From the NCBI GenBank assembly GCA_046595185.1, contig JBKJPE010000224.1, positions 8,238 to 72,237 of the forward strand: 64,000 nucleotides of DNA, read 5' to 3'. Made by a program: the position numbers and the translations under genes. The notes under the pieces were generated by a model. That model worked only from the letters and a program-made list of their open reading frames with translations, ran no database searches and had not been told where the DNA came from. This document shows positions 1 to 10,260 of this stretch, in pieces (the first letter of the stretch is position 1; every line of letters begins with the position of its first letter). The DNA is from Nocardioides sp. GTDB taxonomy: Bacteria > Actinomycetota > Actinomycetes > Propionibacteriales > Nocardioidaceae.

Positions 1-731
1 CCCGGGAGCCCGGGGACGCAGACCTGGCCGCCGTGGGTGTGGCCGGCCAGGACGGCGTCGTACCCGTCGGCGGCCATCTGGTCGAGGACCCGCAGGTACG
101 GCGCGTGGGCGACGCCGAGGCGGACGTCGGCGCCGGCGTCCGCGGGCCCGGCGATCGAGTCGAGGCGGTCGTAGCCCAGGTGCGGGTCGTCGACCCCGGC
201 GAAGGCGATCCGGGTGCCGCCCACGTCGAGCACGTCGCGGGTGTTGGTCAGGTCCCGCCACCCGGCACCGGCGAGGCGGCGCGTCAGGTCGCGCCAGGGC
301 AGCTGGGCGACGTCGGTGTGCCGCGTGCCGTCGTCGGGCAGCAGGTAGCGCAGCGGGTTGCGCATGGTGGGCTCGAAGTAGTCGTTGGAGCCGAGCACGA
401 AGACGCCGGGCACCTCGAGCAGCGGACCCAGGGCGTCCAGCAGCGGTCCGACCGCGTGGTGCGACGACAGGTTGTCACCGGTGTCCACGACGAGGTCCGG
501 CTCGAGGTCGGCGAGGCCCCGCAGCCAGGCCTGCTTGCGGTCCTGGCCCGGGGTGAGGTGCACGTCCGAGAGGTGGAGCACCCGCAGCGGGCGGTGCCCG
601 TCCGGCAGCAGCGGGACGGTGACGCGCCGCAGCGTGTAGGCACGCGCCTCGGCTGCGGCGTACGCCGTCAGGCCGGCCCCGGCGGTGGCCAGGACGGCCG
701 CGGTGGCGGCGGCGAGGGGGAGCGGGCGCAC
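1..731 (-). CDS. Metallophosphoesterase (Rv3683-like), truncated by window edge
   Basis: Manual translation from GTG at 731 gives VRPLPL..., with LHLSDVH, DTGDNL and LGSNDY calcineurin-like motifs; absent from ORF track because the stop lies outside the window. Confidence 0.85.
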   Translation of the reverse strand, partial: MRPLPLAAATAAVLATAGAGLTAYAAAEARAYTLRRVTVPLLPDGHRPLRVLHLSDVHLTPGQDRKQAWLRGLADLEPDLVVDTGDNLSSHHAVGPLLDALGPLLEVPGVFVLGSNDYFEPTMRNPLRYLLPDDGTRHTDVAQLPWRDLTRRLAGAGWRDLTNTRDVLDVGGTRIAFAGVDDPHLGYDRLDSIAGPADAGADVRLGVAHAPYLRVLDQMAADGYDAVLAGHTHGGQVCVPGLP

Positions 732-768
732 CGGGCCAGGGTGTCACGGTGACTGACATGATGAGGCC

Positions 769-1227
769 ATGAGTGCCCTCAAGGACCGCTTGCGCACCGA
801 CCTGGTCACGGCCATCAAGGCCCGCGAGGAGATCCGCTCCTCGACCCTGCGGATGGTGCTGTCGGCGATCACCAACGCCGAGGTCGCGGGAAGGACCGCG
901 CGCGAGCTCTCCGACGCCGAGGTGGTCGACGTGCTGTCCAGCGAGGCCAAGAAGCGTCGCGAGGCCGCGGTGGCCTTCGACGACGGCGGTCGTGCCGAGA
1001 TGTCGGCCAAGGAGCGGGCCGAGGCCGCGGTGATCGCCGACTACCTGCCCGAGCAGCTCTCCCCGGCGGAGGTCAGCGCGATCGTCACCGAGGTGGTCGA
1101 GGCGACCGGGTCGGCCGGTCAGGGTATGAAGGCGATGGGAGCCGTCATGGGCGCGGTCCAGCCCCGGGTCAAGGGGCGCGCCGACGGTGCCGCCGTGGCA
1201 GCCGAGGTGCGCCGCCAGCTGGCCTGA
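769..1227 (+). CDS. GatB/YqeY domain protein
   Basis: LKDRLRTDLVTAIKAR...EAKKRREAA...YLPEQLS...MGAVMG pattern. Confidence 0.92.
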   Translation: MSALKDRLRTDLVTAIKAREEIRSSTLRMVLSAITNAEVAGRTARELSDAEVVDVLSSEAKKRREAAVAFDDGGRAEMSAKERAEAAVIADYLPEQLSPAEVSAIVTEVVEATGSAGQGMKAMGAVMGAVQPRVKGRADGAAVAAEVRRQLA

Positions 1228-1279
1228 TCACCCGGCCCGGCCTCCGGGGCCAGGACGGACCAGCTGACGGTGCGTCCCG

Positions 1280-3745
1280 TCAGTCGTCCCCGCCGCCGCC
1301 TGGGTTGCCGCCTGGGTTGCCGCCCGGGTTGCCGCCCGGGTTGCCGGAGTTGCCGGGGTTGCCGCCGGCCGGCGCCCCGCCGGCGGGGGTCCCGCCCCCG
1401 CCGCCGCCGCCGCCGTCGGTGCCGCCGGTCGTGGAGGGGACGGGGGGCGGCGGCGGTGGGGCAGGTTCGGGCCCGGCTGAGGTGTAGATCGTGATCGAGC
1501 CGCCGCTGCCGAGCGCGGTGCCGCCCGCGGGCGAGGTGTAGGCGACGGTCCCGACGGCGTACCCGGAGTAGACCGCGGTGCCCTGGGTGACCACGAAGCC
1601 GGCCGTCTCGAGCTGGGCCTGCGCCGTGGCGGGGTCGAGACCGCCCACGTCCGGGACGGTCACCTGCACCCCGGCGATGTCGCTGACCGAGGGCGGGGTG
1701 AAGGTGGCGTCGGGCAGGTACTGCTCGATGGCCTGCATCGCCTCGCCCCAGATCGGCCCTGCGGTGCCGGAGCCCGTGGCCTCGAAGAGGGTCTGCCCGC
1801 CCACGGACTGGCCGATCAGCGATTGGGGCTGACCGGACTGGTTGGCGCCGGCGACCATCGAGGCGGCAGCCAGGTTGGGGGTGTAGCCCACGAACCACAC
1901 GGAGAACTGCGAGTTCGTGGTGCCCGTCTTCCCGGCGCTCTCCTGGGCCAGGCCGAGCCCGGCGTCGAAGCCGAACCCGCCGGGCTCCTGCACCCCGCGG
2001 AGCACGTCGCTGACCGCGTCGGCCACCGGCGCCTCGAGCACCTGCTCACAGGTCGGGTCGTAGGTCTTGATCACGTTGCCGTTGGCGTCCTCGATCGAGG
2101 TGACCGGTCGCGCGTCGCAGTGCAGGCCCCGGCCGGCGAAGGTGGCGTACGCCTCGGCCATCTCGACCGGGCTGACCCCGGCCACGCCCAGGGTGAAGAT
2201 CGGGATCCGCTCGGCGCCGGGGCCGGTCGGGTTGGTGAGCTTGATGCCCATCTCCTTGGCCAGGTTGTACGGCTCGCAGACCCCGGTCCGGCGCTCGAGC
2301 TCGACGAAGAAGGTGTTCACCGACTCCTGTGTGCCGCTGTACAGGTTGAACGTGCCCGAGCTCGTGGAGTTGCTGACCGGGAAGGTGCCGGCGAAGGGCG
2401 GTTCGCCGGGGCAGTTGGCGAACTCGGCCTGGTCGAAGACCCGGGTCTCCGGGGCGCTGATCTGGGTGGTGAGCGGGATGCCCTGATCGACCGCGGAGGC
2501 CAGCACGAACGGCTTGAAGGTCGACCCTGCCTGGAAGCCCGCGGAGTCGCCGAGGTCCTGCGGGGTGGTGTAGTTCAGGAAGGTCTCGCCGGGCCCGTTG
2601 CCCATCGGCCGCGACTGCGCGACCGCCTTCACCGCGCCGGTGCGCGGCTCGATCATGGCCAGGGCGCCGATGGCCTGCTCCTGGGGGAACACCTGGCTCT
2701 GGACCGACTCGGTGGCGGCCTGCTGGAAGCGGAGGTCGACGGTGGTCTTGATGGTCAGGCCCCCGGCCTCGAGCAGCTGCTGACGCTCCTCGCGGGTCCT
2801 GCCCAGGGCGGGGTCGGCCAGCAGGTAGGAGGTGGCGAAGTCGCAGAAGAAGGGCGCCGCGGAGTAGAGGCAGCCGCGCTGGGCCGGCTGGACGTCGAGT
2901 CCGAGGTCGAGGTCCTTGACCTTCTTGGCCGTGCGCGGCTTGATCACCTCGAGCTCCGCCATCCGGTCCAGCACCACGTTGCGCCGCTCCAGGGCCCGCT
3001 CCGGGGCGTTCGTGGGGTCGTACGCCGAGGGGTTCTGCACCAGGCCGGCCAGCATCGCCGACTGGCGCAGGTCGAGCTCGCTGGCGTTGACGTCGAAGAA
3101 GTGCTTGGCCGCGGCCTGGATGCCGTACGCGCCGTCCCCGAAGTAGGCGGTGTTGAGGTACCGCTCGAGGATCCAGTCCTTCGAGTGCTGCTGCTCGAGC
3201 GCCACGGCGTACCGCAGCTCGCGCAGCTTGCGCGCGTAGGTCTGCTCGGTGGCCGCGCGCTCCTCCTCCCGGGTCTCCGCGGCGTTGAGCAGGCTCAGCT
3301 TGACCAGCTGCTGGGTCAGCGACGACCCGCCCTGCTCGACCGAGTCGCTGGCGGAGTTCGTGACCAGGGCGCGCACCGTGCCGCGCACGTCCAGAGCGCC
3401 GTGCTGGTAGAAGCGGTAGTCCTCGATCGCCACGATGGCCTTGACCATCGTCCGCTTGACGTCCTTCAGCTGGACGTTGACCCGGTTCTCGTCGTAGAGC
3501 GTCGCGATGACGTCGCCCTGGCTGTCGAGCATCGTGGTCTTCTGGGCGAGGGGGACGTCCTTCAGCTCGGTGGGCAGGTCGTCCATGCTCGCGGCCGCGG
3601 TCCGGGTGGCCATGCCGGCGACCCCGATGAACGGCACCGCGAGGCCGGCCACGACCACGCCCAGGGCGACCGAGGCGACGAGCATCACGCCGAGGGAGGT
3701 GAGGACCCGGAGGATCGTCGGTCGTTCGGAGGGGGGCCTGGCCAT
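1280..3745 (-). CDS. ponA: Class A penicillin-binding protein (transglycosylase, transpeptidase, PASTA), PonA2-like
   Basis: AIEDYRFYQHG, GGSSLTQQLVK, RKLRE, GSTFK, SVN and KTG motifs; C-terminal PASTA and Pro/Gly tail; start moved to ATG 3745. Confidence 0.93.
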   Translation of the reverse strand: MARPPSERPTILRVLTSLGVMLVASVALGVVVAGLAVPFIGVAGMATRTAAASMDDLPTELKDVPLAQKTTMLDSQGDVIATLYDENRVNVQLKDVKRTMVKAIVAIEDYRFYQHGALDVRGTVRALVTNSASDSVEQGGSSLTQQLVKLSLLNAAETREEERAATEQTYARKLRELRYAVALEQQHSKDWILERYLNTAYFGDGAYGIQAAAKHFFDVNASELDLRQSAMLAGLVQNPSAYDPTNAPERALERRNVVLDRMAELEVIKPRTAKKVKDLDLGLDVQPAQRGCLYSAAPFFCDFATSYLLADPALGRTREERQQLLEAGGLTIKTTVDLRFQQAATESVQSQVFPQEQAIGALAMIEPRTGAVKAVAQSRPMGNGPGETFLNYTTPQDLGDSAGFQAGSTFKPFVLASAVDQGIPLTTQISAPETRVFDQAEFANCPGEPPFAGTFPVSNSTSSGTFNLYSGTQESVNTFFVELERRTGVCEPYNLAKEMGIKLTNPTGPGAERIPIFTLGVAGVSPVEMAEAYATFAGRGLHCDARPVTSIEDANGNVIKTYDPTCEQVLEAPVADAVSDVLRGVQEPGGFGFDAGLGLAQESAGKTGTTNSQFSVWFVGYTPNLAAASMVAGANQSGQPQSLIGQSVGGQTLFEATGSGTAGPIWGEAMQAIEQYLPDATFTPPSVSDIAGVQVTVPDVGGLDPATAQAQLETAGFVVTQGTAVYSGYAVGTVAYTSPAGGTALGSGGSITIYTSAGPEPAPPPPPPVPSTTGGTDGGGGGGGGTPAGGAPAGGNPGNSGNPGGNPGGNPGGNPGGGGDD
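1290..1365. repeat. 12-bp tandem repeats encoding (GGNP)n tail of PonA
   Basis: Repeated gccgcc(t/c)gggtt units. Confidence 0.8.
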
Positions 3746-3947
3746 GGCCCCGAGGGTACGGGAGCGCTCCAGGCCCCAGCGAAACCTGACGAGGCCGGCG
3801 TAGTCACTTCGGACTAGAGGATTCGGGTACTTGGGGTCTGGCACAGAACGTTGACAATTCTTTACCTTCTACACAAGAAGGAGAAGGGCCGGACCACGGG
3901 ACATGTGCTTCGGGTCCTCTTCTCCACGAAGCGTGATGGGGAACGAC

Positions 3948-4253
3948 ATGTGGGTTGAGGACTGGGCTGCCGATGCGGCCTGCAAGACGGTGCGTCCCGA
4001 CGAGCTCTTCGTCCGGGGTGCCGAGCAGAACAAGGCCAAGCAGGTGTGCTCGGGATGCGTGGTGCGCACCGAGTGCCTGGCCGAGGCACTCGACAACCAG
4101 ATCGAGTGGGGCGTGTGGGGCGGGATGACCGAGCGCGAGCGTCGGGCCCTGATCAAGCGCCGGCCGAACGCCTCGTGGCGCGCGGTCCTCGAGGCCGCTC
4201 GCACCCAGGGCACCCCGGCGGCGCAGCCGCAGCCGGTCGGCACCTCCACCTGA
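3948..4253 (+). CDS. whiB4: WhiB-family Fe-S regulator (WhiB4/WblA)
   Basis: Four Cys, GVWGGMTERERR; divergent from ponA and next to the ArsA pair. Confidence 0.93.
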   Translation: MWVEDWAADAACKTVRPDELFVRGAEQNKAKQVCSGCVVRTECLAEALDNQIEWGVWGGMTERERRALIKRRPNASWRAVLEAARTQGTPAAQPQPVGTST

Positions 4254-4283
4254 GCCGTCCCACCACCCGGACGCGGTGCGGCC

Positions 4284-5450
4284 TCAGCCGCCGGCGAGCA
4301 GCGTGCCGACCTGACGCAGCCCGTCGAGGTCGTGCACGTCGCCGGCCAGCGCGGCGACCACGGTCGTCGGCACCATCGGGTGGGACGCGGCGAACCCGCG
4401 ACGCAGACGGGTCTCGCGCTCGACCAGGCGCACCTGGTCGGCGTGCAGCCGCAGCAGCCCGGCCGTCGGGGCGTCGTCGGTCACGCCGACTCCTCCCCGC
4501 CGCAGCCGCGCCGCCGCGCCAGCGGCCTCGTCGGCCGACAGGCCGCCCGCCGGCGCCACCGAGGCGCGGTTGACCACCAGTCCGGCCAGCGGCATGGCGT
4601 CGTCGCCCAGCCTCTCCACGAAGAAGGCCGCCTCCCGCAGCGCGTCCGGCTCGGGTGCGGCGATCACCAGGAACGCGGTCCGGTCGTCCTGCAGCAGTGC
4701 GTACGTCCGTTGGGCCCGCTGTCGGAACCCGCCGAAGACGGTGTCGATCGCGGCCACGAACGTCTGCAGGTCCCGCAGCACCTGGGCGCCGAGGATGCGG
4801 GTCAACGCCGACGTCACCATCCCCAGCCCCGCGGTCATCAGCCGGGCCGGTCCGCGTGCCGGGGCCAGCATCAGCCGGATGAACCGCCCGTCGAGGAAGC
4901 GTGAGAGCCGCTCCGGGGCGTCGAGGAAGTCCAGCGCTGATCGGGACGGAGGGGTGTCGACGACGATCAGGTCGTAGGTGCCCTCGGTCCGTGCCGCGGC
5001 GTGGATCTGCCCCAGCTTCTCCATCGCCATGTACTCCTGGGTGCCGGCGAAGGAGCTGGAGAGGACCTGGTAGAAGGGGTTGTCCAGGATCTGGCGTGCC
5101 TTCTCCGGGCTGGCCTGGCTCTCGACCACCTCGTCGAAGGTGCGCTTCATGTCGAGCATCATCGCGTCGAGCCGCCCGCCCGCAGCGGGGTCCACGCCCC
5201 CGACGGGGCGGGGGGTGTTGTCGAGCTCGGCGATCCCCATCGACTGCGCGAGGCGACGCGCGGGGTCGATGGTCAGCACCACCACGGTGCGGCCGCGCTC
5301 CGCGGCCCGCAGGGCCAGCGCGGCCGACGTGGTGGTCTTGCCCACCCCGCCCGCACCGCAGCACACGATGATGCCGGTGGCGCGGTCGTCGATCAGGGCG
5401 TCGACGTCGAGGTCCGGCGCCGCGACGCGTCCGCCGCGGTCGGCGCTCAC
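4284..5450 (-). CDS. ArsA/Get3-family ATPase (Rv3680-like)
   Basis: GAGGVGKTT, TIDPARRLA, DTPP. Confidence 0.92.
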   Translation of the reverse strand: MSADRGGRVAAPDLDVDALIDDRATGIIVCCGAGGVGKTTTSAALALRAAERGRTVVVLTIDPARRLAQSMGIAELDNTPRPVGGVDPAAGGRLDAMMLDMKRTFDEVVESQASPEKARQILDNPFYQVLSSSFAGTQEYMAMEKLGQIHAAARTEGTYDLIVVDTPPSRSALDFLDAPERLSRFLDGRFIRLMLAPARGPARLMTAGLGMVTSALTRILGAQVLRDLQTFVAAIDTVFGGFRQRAQRTYALLQDDRTAFLVIAAPEPDALREAAFFVERLGDDAMPLAGLVVNRASVAPAGGLSADEAAGAAARLRRGGVGVTDDAPTAGLLRLHADQVRLVERETRLRRGFAASHPMVPTTVVAALAGDVHDLDGLRQVGTLLAGG

Positions 5451-6445
5451 GCCATGCCCTGGTCGCGCAGCGACCGGGCCAGGTCGTGCAGGACGCCGAG
5501 GTCGACGCCCCCGGTGAGGCGCGGGAGCTCGTACGACGGCCGGCCGAGGCCGGCGACACGGACCCGCTGCGTCTCCTCCAGCTCACGGCGGTCGGCGTGG
5601 TCCCGGGCCAGCCCGAGCAGGTCGTCGACGAGCGCGTCGTCGACCTCGAGCCCCGCGCGGTCGAGGTCGGCGCGCACCGCGCCTGCGTCCAGGGTGCCGG
5701 CGCGTGCCCCGGCCAGCGCCGGCGCGGGGAGGTCCTGGGGGCGCACCATGTTGGTCACCACGCCGCCGACGGGCAGGCCGGTGGCGGTGAGCTCCTCGAT
5801 GCCGTCGCCGGTCTCCTGCACCGGCATCTCCTCCAGCACCGTGACCAGGTGGACCGCGGTGCGCGGGGAGCGGAACAGGCCCATCATGGTGTCGGCCTGC
5901 GCCCTGATCGGCCCGACCTTGGCCAGGCCGGCGACCTGGTCGCTGACGTTCAGGAACTGCACGATCCGCCCGGTGGGCGGGGCGTCGAGGACTACGGCGT
6001 CGTACGTCGTGGCCCCCTTGTTGCGCGCGTTCCGGTCGACCGCCTCGAAGACCTTGCCGGTCAGCAGGACGTCGCGCACGCCCGGAGCGATGGTGGTGGC
6101 GAACTCGATGATCCCGAAGCGGTCCAGCGCCCGGGCGGCCCGGCCGAGCTTGTAGTACAGGGCGAGGTACTCCAGCAGCGCCGACTCGGGGTCCACGTGC
6201 AGGGCGTGCACGGTGCCCTTGCGGCCGCGGGCGTCGGGAAGCCCGGAGGTCAACCGACGCTCCTCGAAGGGCAGGGGGTCGACGTCGAACATCCGCGCGA
6301 CGCCCTGGCGGCCCTCGACCTCGCAGAGCAGCACGTTCTTCCCGTGACCGGCCAGGGCCAGGGCCAGGGCGGCCGCGACGGTCGACTTGCCGGTCCCGCC
6401 CTTGCCGGTCACCACGTGCAGACGAACCTTCGGCCAGTCGCTCAC
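5447..6445 (-). CDS. ArsA/Get3-family ATPase (Rv3679-like)
   Basis: GKGGTGKST, DAPPTG; GTG at 6445 has TACCCT 6 nt upstream; overlaps partner gene by 4 nt. Confidence 0.9.
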   Translation of the reverse strand: MSDWPKVRLHVVTGKGGTGKSTVAAALALALAGHGKNVLLCEVEGRQGVARMFDVDPLPFEERRLTSGLPDARGRKGTVHALHVDPESALLEYLALYYKLGRAARALDRFGIIEFATTIAPGVRDVLLTGKVFEAVDRNARNKGATTYDAVVLDAPPTGRIVQFLNVSDQVAGLAKVGPIRAQADTMMGLFRSPRTAVHLVTVLEEMPVQETGDGIEELTATGLPVGGVVTNMVRPQDLPAPALAGARAGTLDAGAVRADLDRAGLEVDDALVDDLLGLARDHADRRELEETQRVRVAGLGRPSYELPRLTGGVDLGVLHDLARSLRDQGMA

Positions 6446-6499
6446 CCCGCGAGGGTAGGGGGTCCGGACGGGTGGCGACCGGGCGTCGGGTGGGCCGCG

Positions 6500-6515
6500 T
6501 TTGACGCAGGTCACA
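6500..6515. promoter_or_regulatory. CRP/GlxR-type box upstream of scoA
   Basis: TTTGA-CGCAGG-TCACA, one mismatch to TGTGA-N6-TCACA. Confidence 0.6.
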
Positions 6516-6566
6516 CCGGGCGCGTTGGATCGCGGCAGACCTGACGGCGAACGAGGGAGCAACGGC

Positions 6567-7349
6567 ATGGACAAGGTGGTGGCGTCGGCGGCCGAAGCGG
6601 TGGCCGACATCCCGTCCGGGGCACGGTTGGCGGTCGGCGGGTTCGGGCTGTGCGGCGTCCCGTCGGTGCTGATCGAGGCGTTGCTCGAGCAGGGCGCGGG
6701 CGACCTCGAGGCGGTCTCGAACAACTGTGGGGTCGACGACTGGGGCCTGGGCCGGCTGCTCCTCGCCAAGCGGCTGCGCCGGATGGTGGCGTCCTACGTC
6801 GGGGAGAACAAGGAGTTCGCCCGCCAGTTCCTCTCCGGCGAGCTCGAGGTCGAGCTGACCCCCCAGGGCACCCTCGCCGAGCGGATGCGCGCCGGCGGCT
6901 CCGGCATCGCGGCGTTCTACACCGCGACCGGCGTCGGCACCCAGGTCGCCGAGGGCGGGCTGCCCTGGCGGTACGACAGCGAGGGCGGCGTCGTCGTGGC
7001 CTCCCCGGCCAAGGACACCCGCACCTTCGAGACCCCCCGGGGCCCCCGGGAGTTCGTGCTCGAGGAGGCCATCGTGGCGGACTACGCGCTGGTGCGGGCC
7101 CACCGTGGCGACCGGCACGGCAACCTGGTCTTCCGACGGTCCTCGCAGAACTTCAACCCGCTGGCCGCGATGTGCGGACAGGTGACGGTGGCCGAGGTCG
7201 AGGAGCTGGTGGAGCCGGGGGAGATCGACCCGGCCGAGGTGCACCTGCCGGGCGTCTACGTCCACCGCGTCGTGGGACTGACCCCGGAGCAGGCGGCCGA
7301 CAAGCGGATCGAGAAGCGCACCGTGCGCACGGCGGAGGAGCAGGCATGA
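6567..7349 (+). CDS. scoA: 3-oxoacid CoA-transferase subunit A
   Basis: [31 protein letters not shown]. Confidence 0.93.
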   Translation: MDKVVASAAEAVADIPSGARLAVGGFGLCGVPSVLIEALLEQGAGDLEAVSNNCGVDDWGLGRLLLAKRLRRMVASYVGENKEFARQFLSGELEVELTPQGTLAERMRAGGSGIAAFYTATGVGTQVAEGGLPWRYDSEGGVVVASPAKDTRTFETPRGPREFVLEEAIVADYALVRAHRGDRHGNLVFRRSSQNFNPLAAMCGQVTVAEVEELVEPGEIDPAEVHLPGVYVHRVVGLTPEQAADKRIEKRTVRTAEEQA

Positions 7350-7978
7350 GCTGGACGCGCGAGGAGATGGCTGCCCGGGCGGCCTCGGAGCTCGAGGACG
7401 GGTCGTACGTCAACCTCGGGATCGGGCTGCCGACGCTGGTGCCCAACTACGTCCCCGACGACGTCGAGCTGGTGCTCCAGAGCGAGAACGGCATCCTCGG
7501 CGTGGGGTCCTGGCCCCTCGACGGCGAGGAGGACGCCGACCTGGTCAACGCCGGGAAGGAGACGGTGACCGTGCGCCGCGGGGCGTCGTTCTTCGACTCC
7601 GCCACGAGCTTCGGGATGATCCGCGGTGGCAAGATCGACGCCGCGATCCTGGGCGCGATGCAGGTCAGCCGGGCCGGCGACATCGCCAACTGGATGATCC
7701 CCGGCAAGATGGTCAAGGGCATGGGCGGCGCGATGGACCTCGTGCACGGCGCCCGCCAGGTGGTGGTGCTGATGGAGCACGTCGCCCGCGACGGCTCCTA
7801 CAAGATCGTCGAGGAGTGCTCCCTGCCCTACACCGGCCGGGGCGTGGTCCAGCGGATCATCACCGACCTCTGTGTGCTGGACGTGACCCCCGTCGGGCTG
7901 CGCCTGGTCGAGCTGGCGCCCGACGTCACGCTCGAGGAGGTCCGGGAGAAGACCGAGCCCGAGGTGCTCGCGGACTGA
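7346..7978 (+). CDS. scoB: 3-oxoacid CoA-transferase subunit B
   Basis: [13 protein letters not shown] catalytic motif, GMGGAMDL; ATGA overlap with scoA. Confidence 0.93.
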   Translation: MSWTREEMAARAASELEDGSYVNLGIGLPTLVPNYVPDDVELVLQSENGILGVGSWPLDGEEDADLVNAGKETVTVRRGASFFDSATSFGMIRGGKIDAAILGAMQVSRAGDIANWMIPGKMVKGMGGAMDLVHGARQVVVLMEHVARDGSYKIVEECSLPYTGRGVVQRIITDLCVLDVTPVGLRLVELAPDVTLEEVREKTEPEVLAD

Positions 7979-7979
7979 C

Positions 7980-8678
7980 TCAGCCCGCGACGACGTGCAC
8001 GGCCACCGTCGGGGTGTGCACCGGCAGCGAGGTGAGCTGCGCCCGGACCTGGTAGTCGCCCCGGGGCAGCGTCCCGACGCCGTAGGTGGTCCAGCGCAGC
8101 GGCAGCCACAGCCGGCCCTCGCGGTCGGGCTCGGGTCTGGGGCCCCACCCGGAGAACGCCTGGTGGGCGGCGAACTCCAGCGGCTCGCCCGCGGTGTCCA
8201 GCACGTGCCCGACGACGTGGGTGCCGTCGTCGGGGTCCCAGTCGAGGGCCACGGCCGAGCCGTCGTCGTGGTGGCGACCGATCCGCACGTGCACCGCGGA
8301 CAGCTGCGCCGCGGTGAGTGTCAGCTCGGGCGCGGCCCAGTCCAGGCGCAGGCCCTCGGCCCGTGCCTGGCGGTCGCGTCGCTCGGGCTCCGGCCACGAC
8401 ACGTGCGCCCGCCAGCCCCCGCCCTCCCGGTCCAGGACGGCCAGCCACCAGTGCCGTGGCCGCACCGCCGACGGTGCCGCGAGCACCACCTGGTGGGGGT
8501 GGGAGCGGTCGACCTCCCGCCAGCCGGCGAGCGGAACAGGTCCGTCCTCGGGTGCGGGCAGGCGCCCGCTGTCGGGGACGACGGGCAGGCCGTCGCACGA
8601 CGTCGGGAACGGGCCGCCGTCGGCCGCCAGCGCCGCGCGATCGACCTCGAGGTGGTCCAGTCCGACGAGGGGGCTCAT
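7980..8678 (-). CDS. Hypothetical protein
   Basis: 232-aa ORF fills the gap; TACGCT 6 nt before ATG; no recognised family. Confidence 0.6.
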   Translation of the reverse strand: MSPLVGLDHLEVDRAALAADGGPFPTSCDGLPVVPDSGRLPAPEDGPVPLAGWREVDRSHPHQVVLAAPSAVRPRHWWLAVLDREGGGWRAHVSWPEPERRDRQARAEGLRLDWAAPELTLTAAQLSAVHVRIGRHHDDGSAVALDWDPDDGTHVVGHVLDTAGEPLEFAAHQAFSGWGPRPEPDREGRLWLPLRWTTYGVGTLPRGDYQVRAQLTSLPVHTPTVAVHVVAG

Positions 8679-8755
8679 CGGGCGAGCGTAGGAGGGTGCG
8701 GCACCCTCCCAGGCGGGCGCCGTGCGTCGGCGGGCGCGCGAGTAGGGTGCCGCGC

Positions 8756-8911
8756 ATGACCAAGTGGGAGTACCTGACCGCGCCGATCCTCACGCACGCG
8801 GCGAAGCAGATCCTGGACAACTTCGGGGCCGACGGCTGGGAGCTGGTGCAGGTCGCGCCGGGGATGAACCCGGAGAACCTGGTCGGCTACTTCAAGCGTC
8901 CGGTGGCCTGA
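8756..8911 (+). CDS. DUF4177 small protein
   Basis: MTKWEY...LDNFGADGWELV...YFKRP. Confidence 0.88.
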   Translation: MTKWEYLTAPILTHAAKQILDNFGADGWELVQVAPGMNPENLVGYFKRPVA

Positions 8912-8914
8912 GCC

Positions 8915-9376
8915 GTGGCACACCCCGAGGAGGTCCTCGCCGGGCTCGGGCTGAGCGTGCCCGAGGTCGCGGCGCCGGTGGCGGCCTACGTGCCGGCCGT
9001 GCGCACCGGTGACCTGGTGCTGACCGCGGGCCAGCTGCCGCTGCGCGCCGGCGAGCTGCTGGCCACCGGCAAGGTGGGCGCGGGCGTCACCGAGGAGGAG
9101 GCGTACGCCTGCGCGCAGCAGTGCGCGCTCAACGCGATCGCCGCGGTCAAGGCCGAGGTCGGCGACCTCGCGCTCGTGCGCCGGGTGGTCAAGGTGGTCT
9201 GCTTCGTGGCCTCGAGCCCCGACTTCACCGGCCAGCCCCGGGTGGCCAACGGTGCCTCGGAGCTGCTCGGTCAGGTCTTCGGCGAGGCCGGGGTGCACGC
9301 CCGGTCGGCCGTCGGCGTGCCCGTGCTGCCCCTCGACGCACCCGTCGAGGTCGAGATCATCGTCGAGGTGGGGTGA
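8915..9376 (+). CDS. RidA/YjgF-family protein
   Basis: AAYVPAV, GQLP, ANGASELL, HARSAVGV, LPLDAPVEVE. Confidence 0.92.
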   Translation: MAHPEEVLAGLGLSVPEVAAPVAAYVPAVRTGDLVLTAGQLPLRAGELLATGKVGAGVTEEEAYACAQQCALNAIAAVKAEVGDLALVRRVVKVVCFVASSPDFTGQPRVANGASELLGQVFGEAGVHARSAVGVPVLPLDAPVEVEIIVEVG

Positions 9377-10260
9377 GGATCCCGGTCCCGCCCGTCCCGC
9401 TCGACCAGGACGTGGTGGACCTCGCGGCCGAGTACGCCGACGGGCGCCGCGAGCCGGTCGAGCCCCGCGACGCAGCCACGGTGGTGCTGACCCGCGACGG
9501 GTCGCGGCCGCAGGCCGGGCCGGACGTCTACCTGCTGCGTCGGCAGACCTCGATGGACTTCGCCGCGGGCATGTGTGTCTTCCCCGGCGGCGGTGTCGAC
9601 CGGCGCGACTTCGACCACGAGGTCTCCTGGGCCGGCCCGACGCCGACGGAGTGGGCCGAGCGGCTGGACTGCGAGGCGGACCTCGCCCGCGCGCTCGTGT
9701 GCACCGCGGTGCGCGAGACCTTCGAGGAGTCCGGTGTGCTGCTGGCCGGGCCCTCGCACGACGAGGTCGTCGCCGACACCACGGGCGACGACTGGGAGGC
9801 CGACCGGGTCGCGCTGGAGACCCGCGAGCTGGCGATGACCGACTTCCTGACCCGGCGCGGGCTGGTGCTGCGTACCGACCTGCTCGGAGCCTGGGGTGCC
9901 TGGCTGACCCCGGTCTTCGAGCCGCGGCGCTACCGGACCTGGTTCTTCACCGCCGCACTGCCCACGGGGCAGCGCACGCGCGACGTCTCGACCGAGTCCT
10001 CCTCGGTCACCTGGCTGCCGGCGCTGGACGCGGTGGAGCAGGTCGAGGCCGGCGCGATGCTGATGATGCCGCCGACCTACCTGACCTGCCTGGAGCTGGC
10101 GCAGCACACCGACCCGGCCGCGGTCCTGGCCGACGCCGGGGGGCGCCGGGTCACCATGCACACCCCGACCGTGGAGGAGCGCCCCGGCGGCGGCCACACG
10201 CTGTCGGTGCCGGAGCACCAGCGGGCGGTGCTGCACGCCCGGCACGGCGACGGCGGGTGA
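9373..10260 (+). CDS. NUDIX hydrolase (Nudt19-like)
   Basis: AATVVL, VFPGG, AVRETFEESG, WLTP..RRYRTWFF. Confidence 0.88.
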   Translation: MRIPVPPVPLDQDVVDLAAEYADGRREPVEPRDAATVVLTRDGSRPQAGPDVYLLRRQTSMDFAAGMCVFPGGGVDRRDFDHEVSWAGPTPTEWAERLDCEADLARALVCTAVRETFEESGVLLAGPSHDEVVADTTGDDWEADRVALETRELAMTDFLTRRGLVLRTDLLGAWGAWLTPVFEPRRYRTWFFTAALPTGQRTRDVSTESSSVTWLPALDAVEQVEAGAMLMMPPTYLTCLELAQHTDPAAVLADAGGRRVTMHTPTVEERPGGGHTLSVPEHQRAVLHARHGDGG

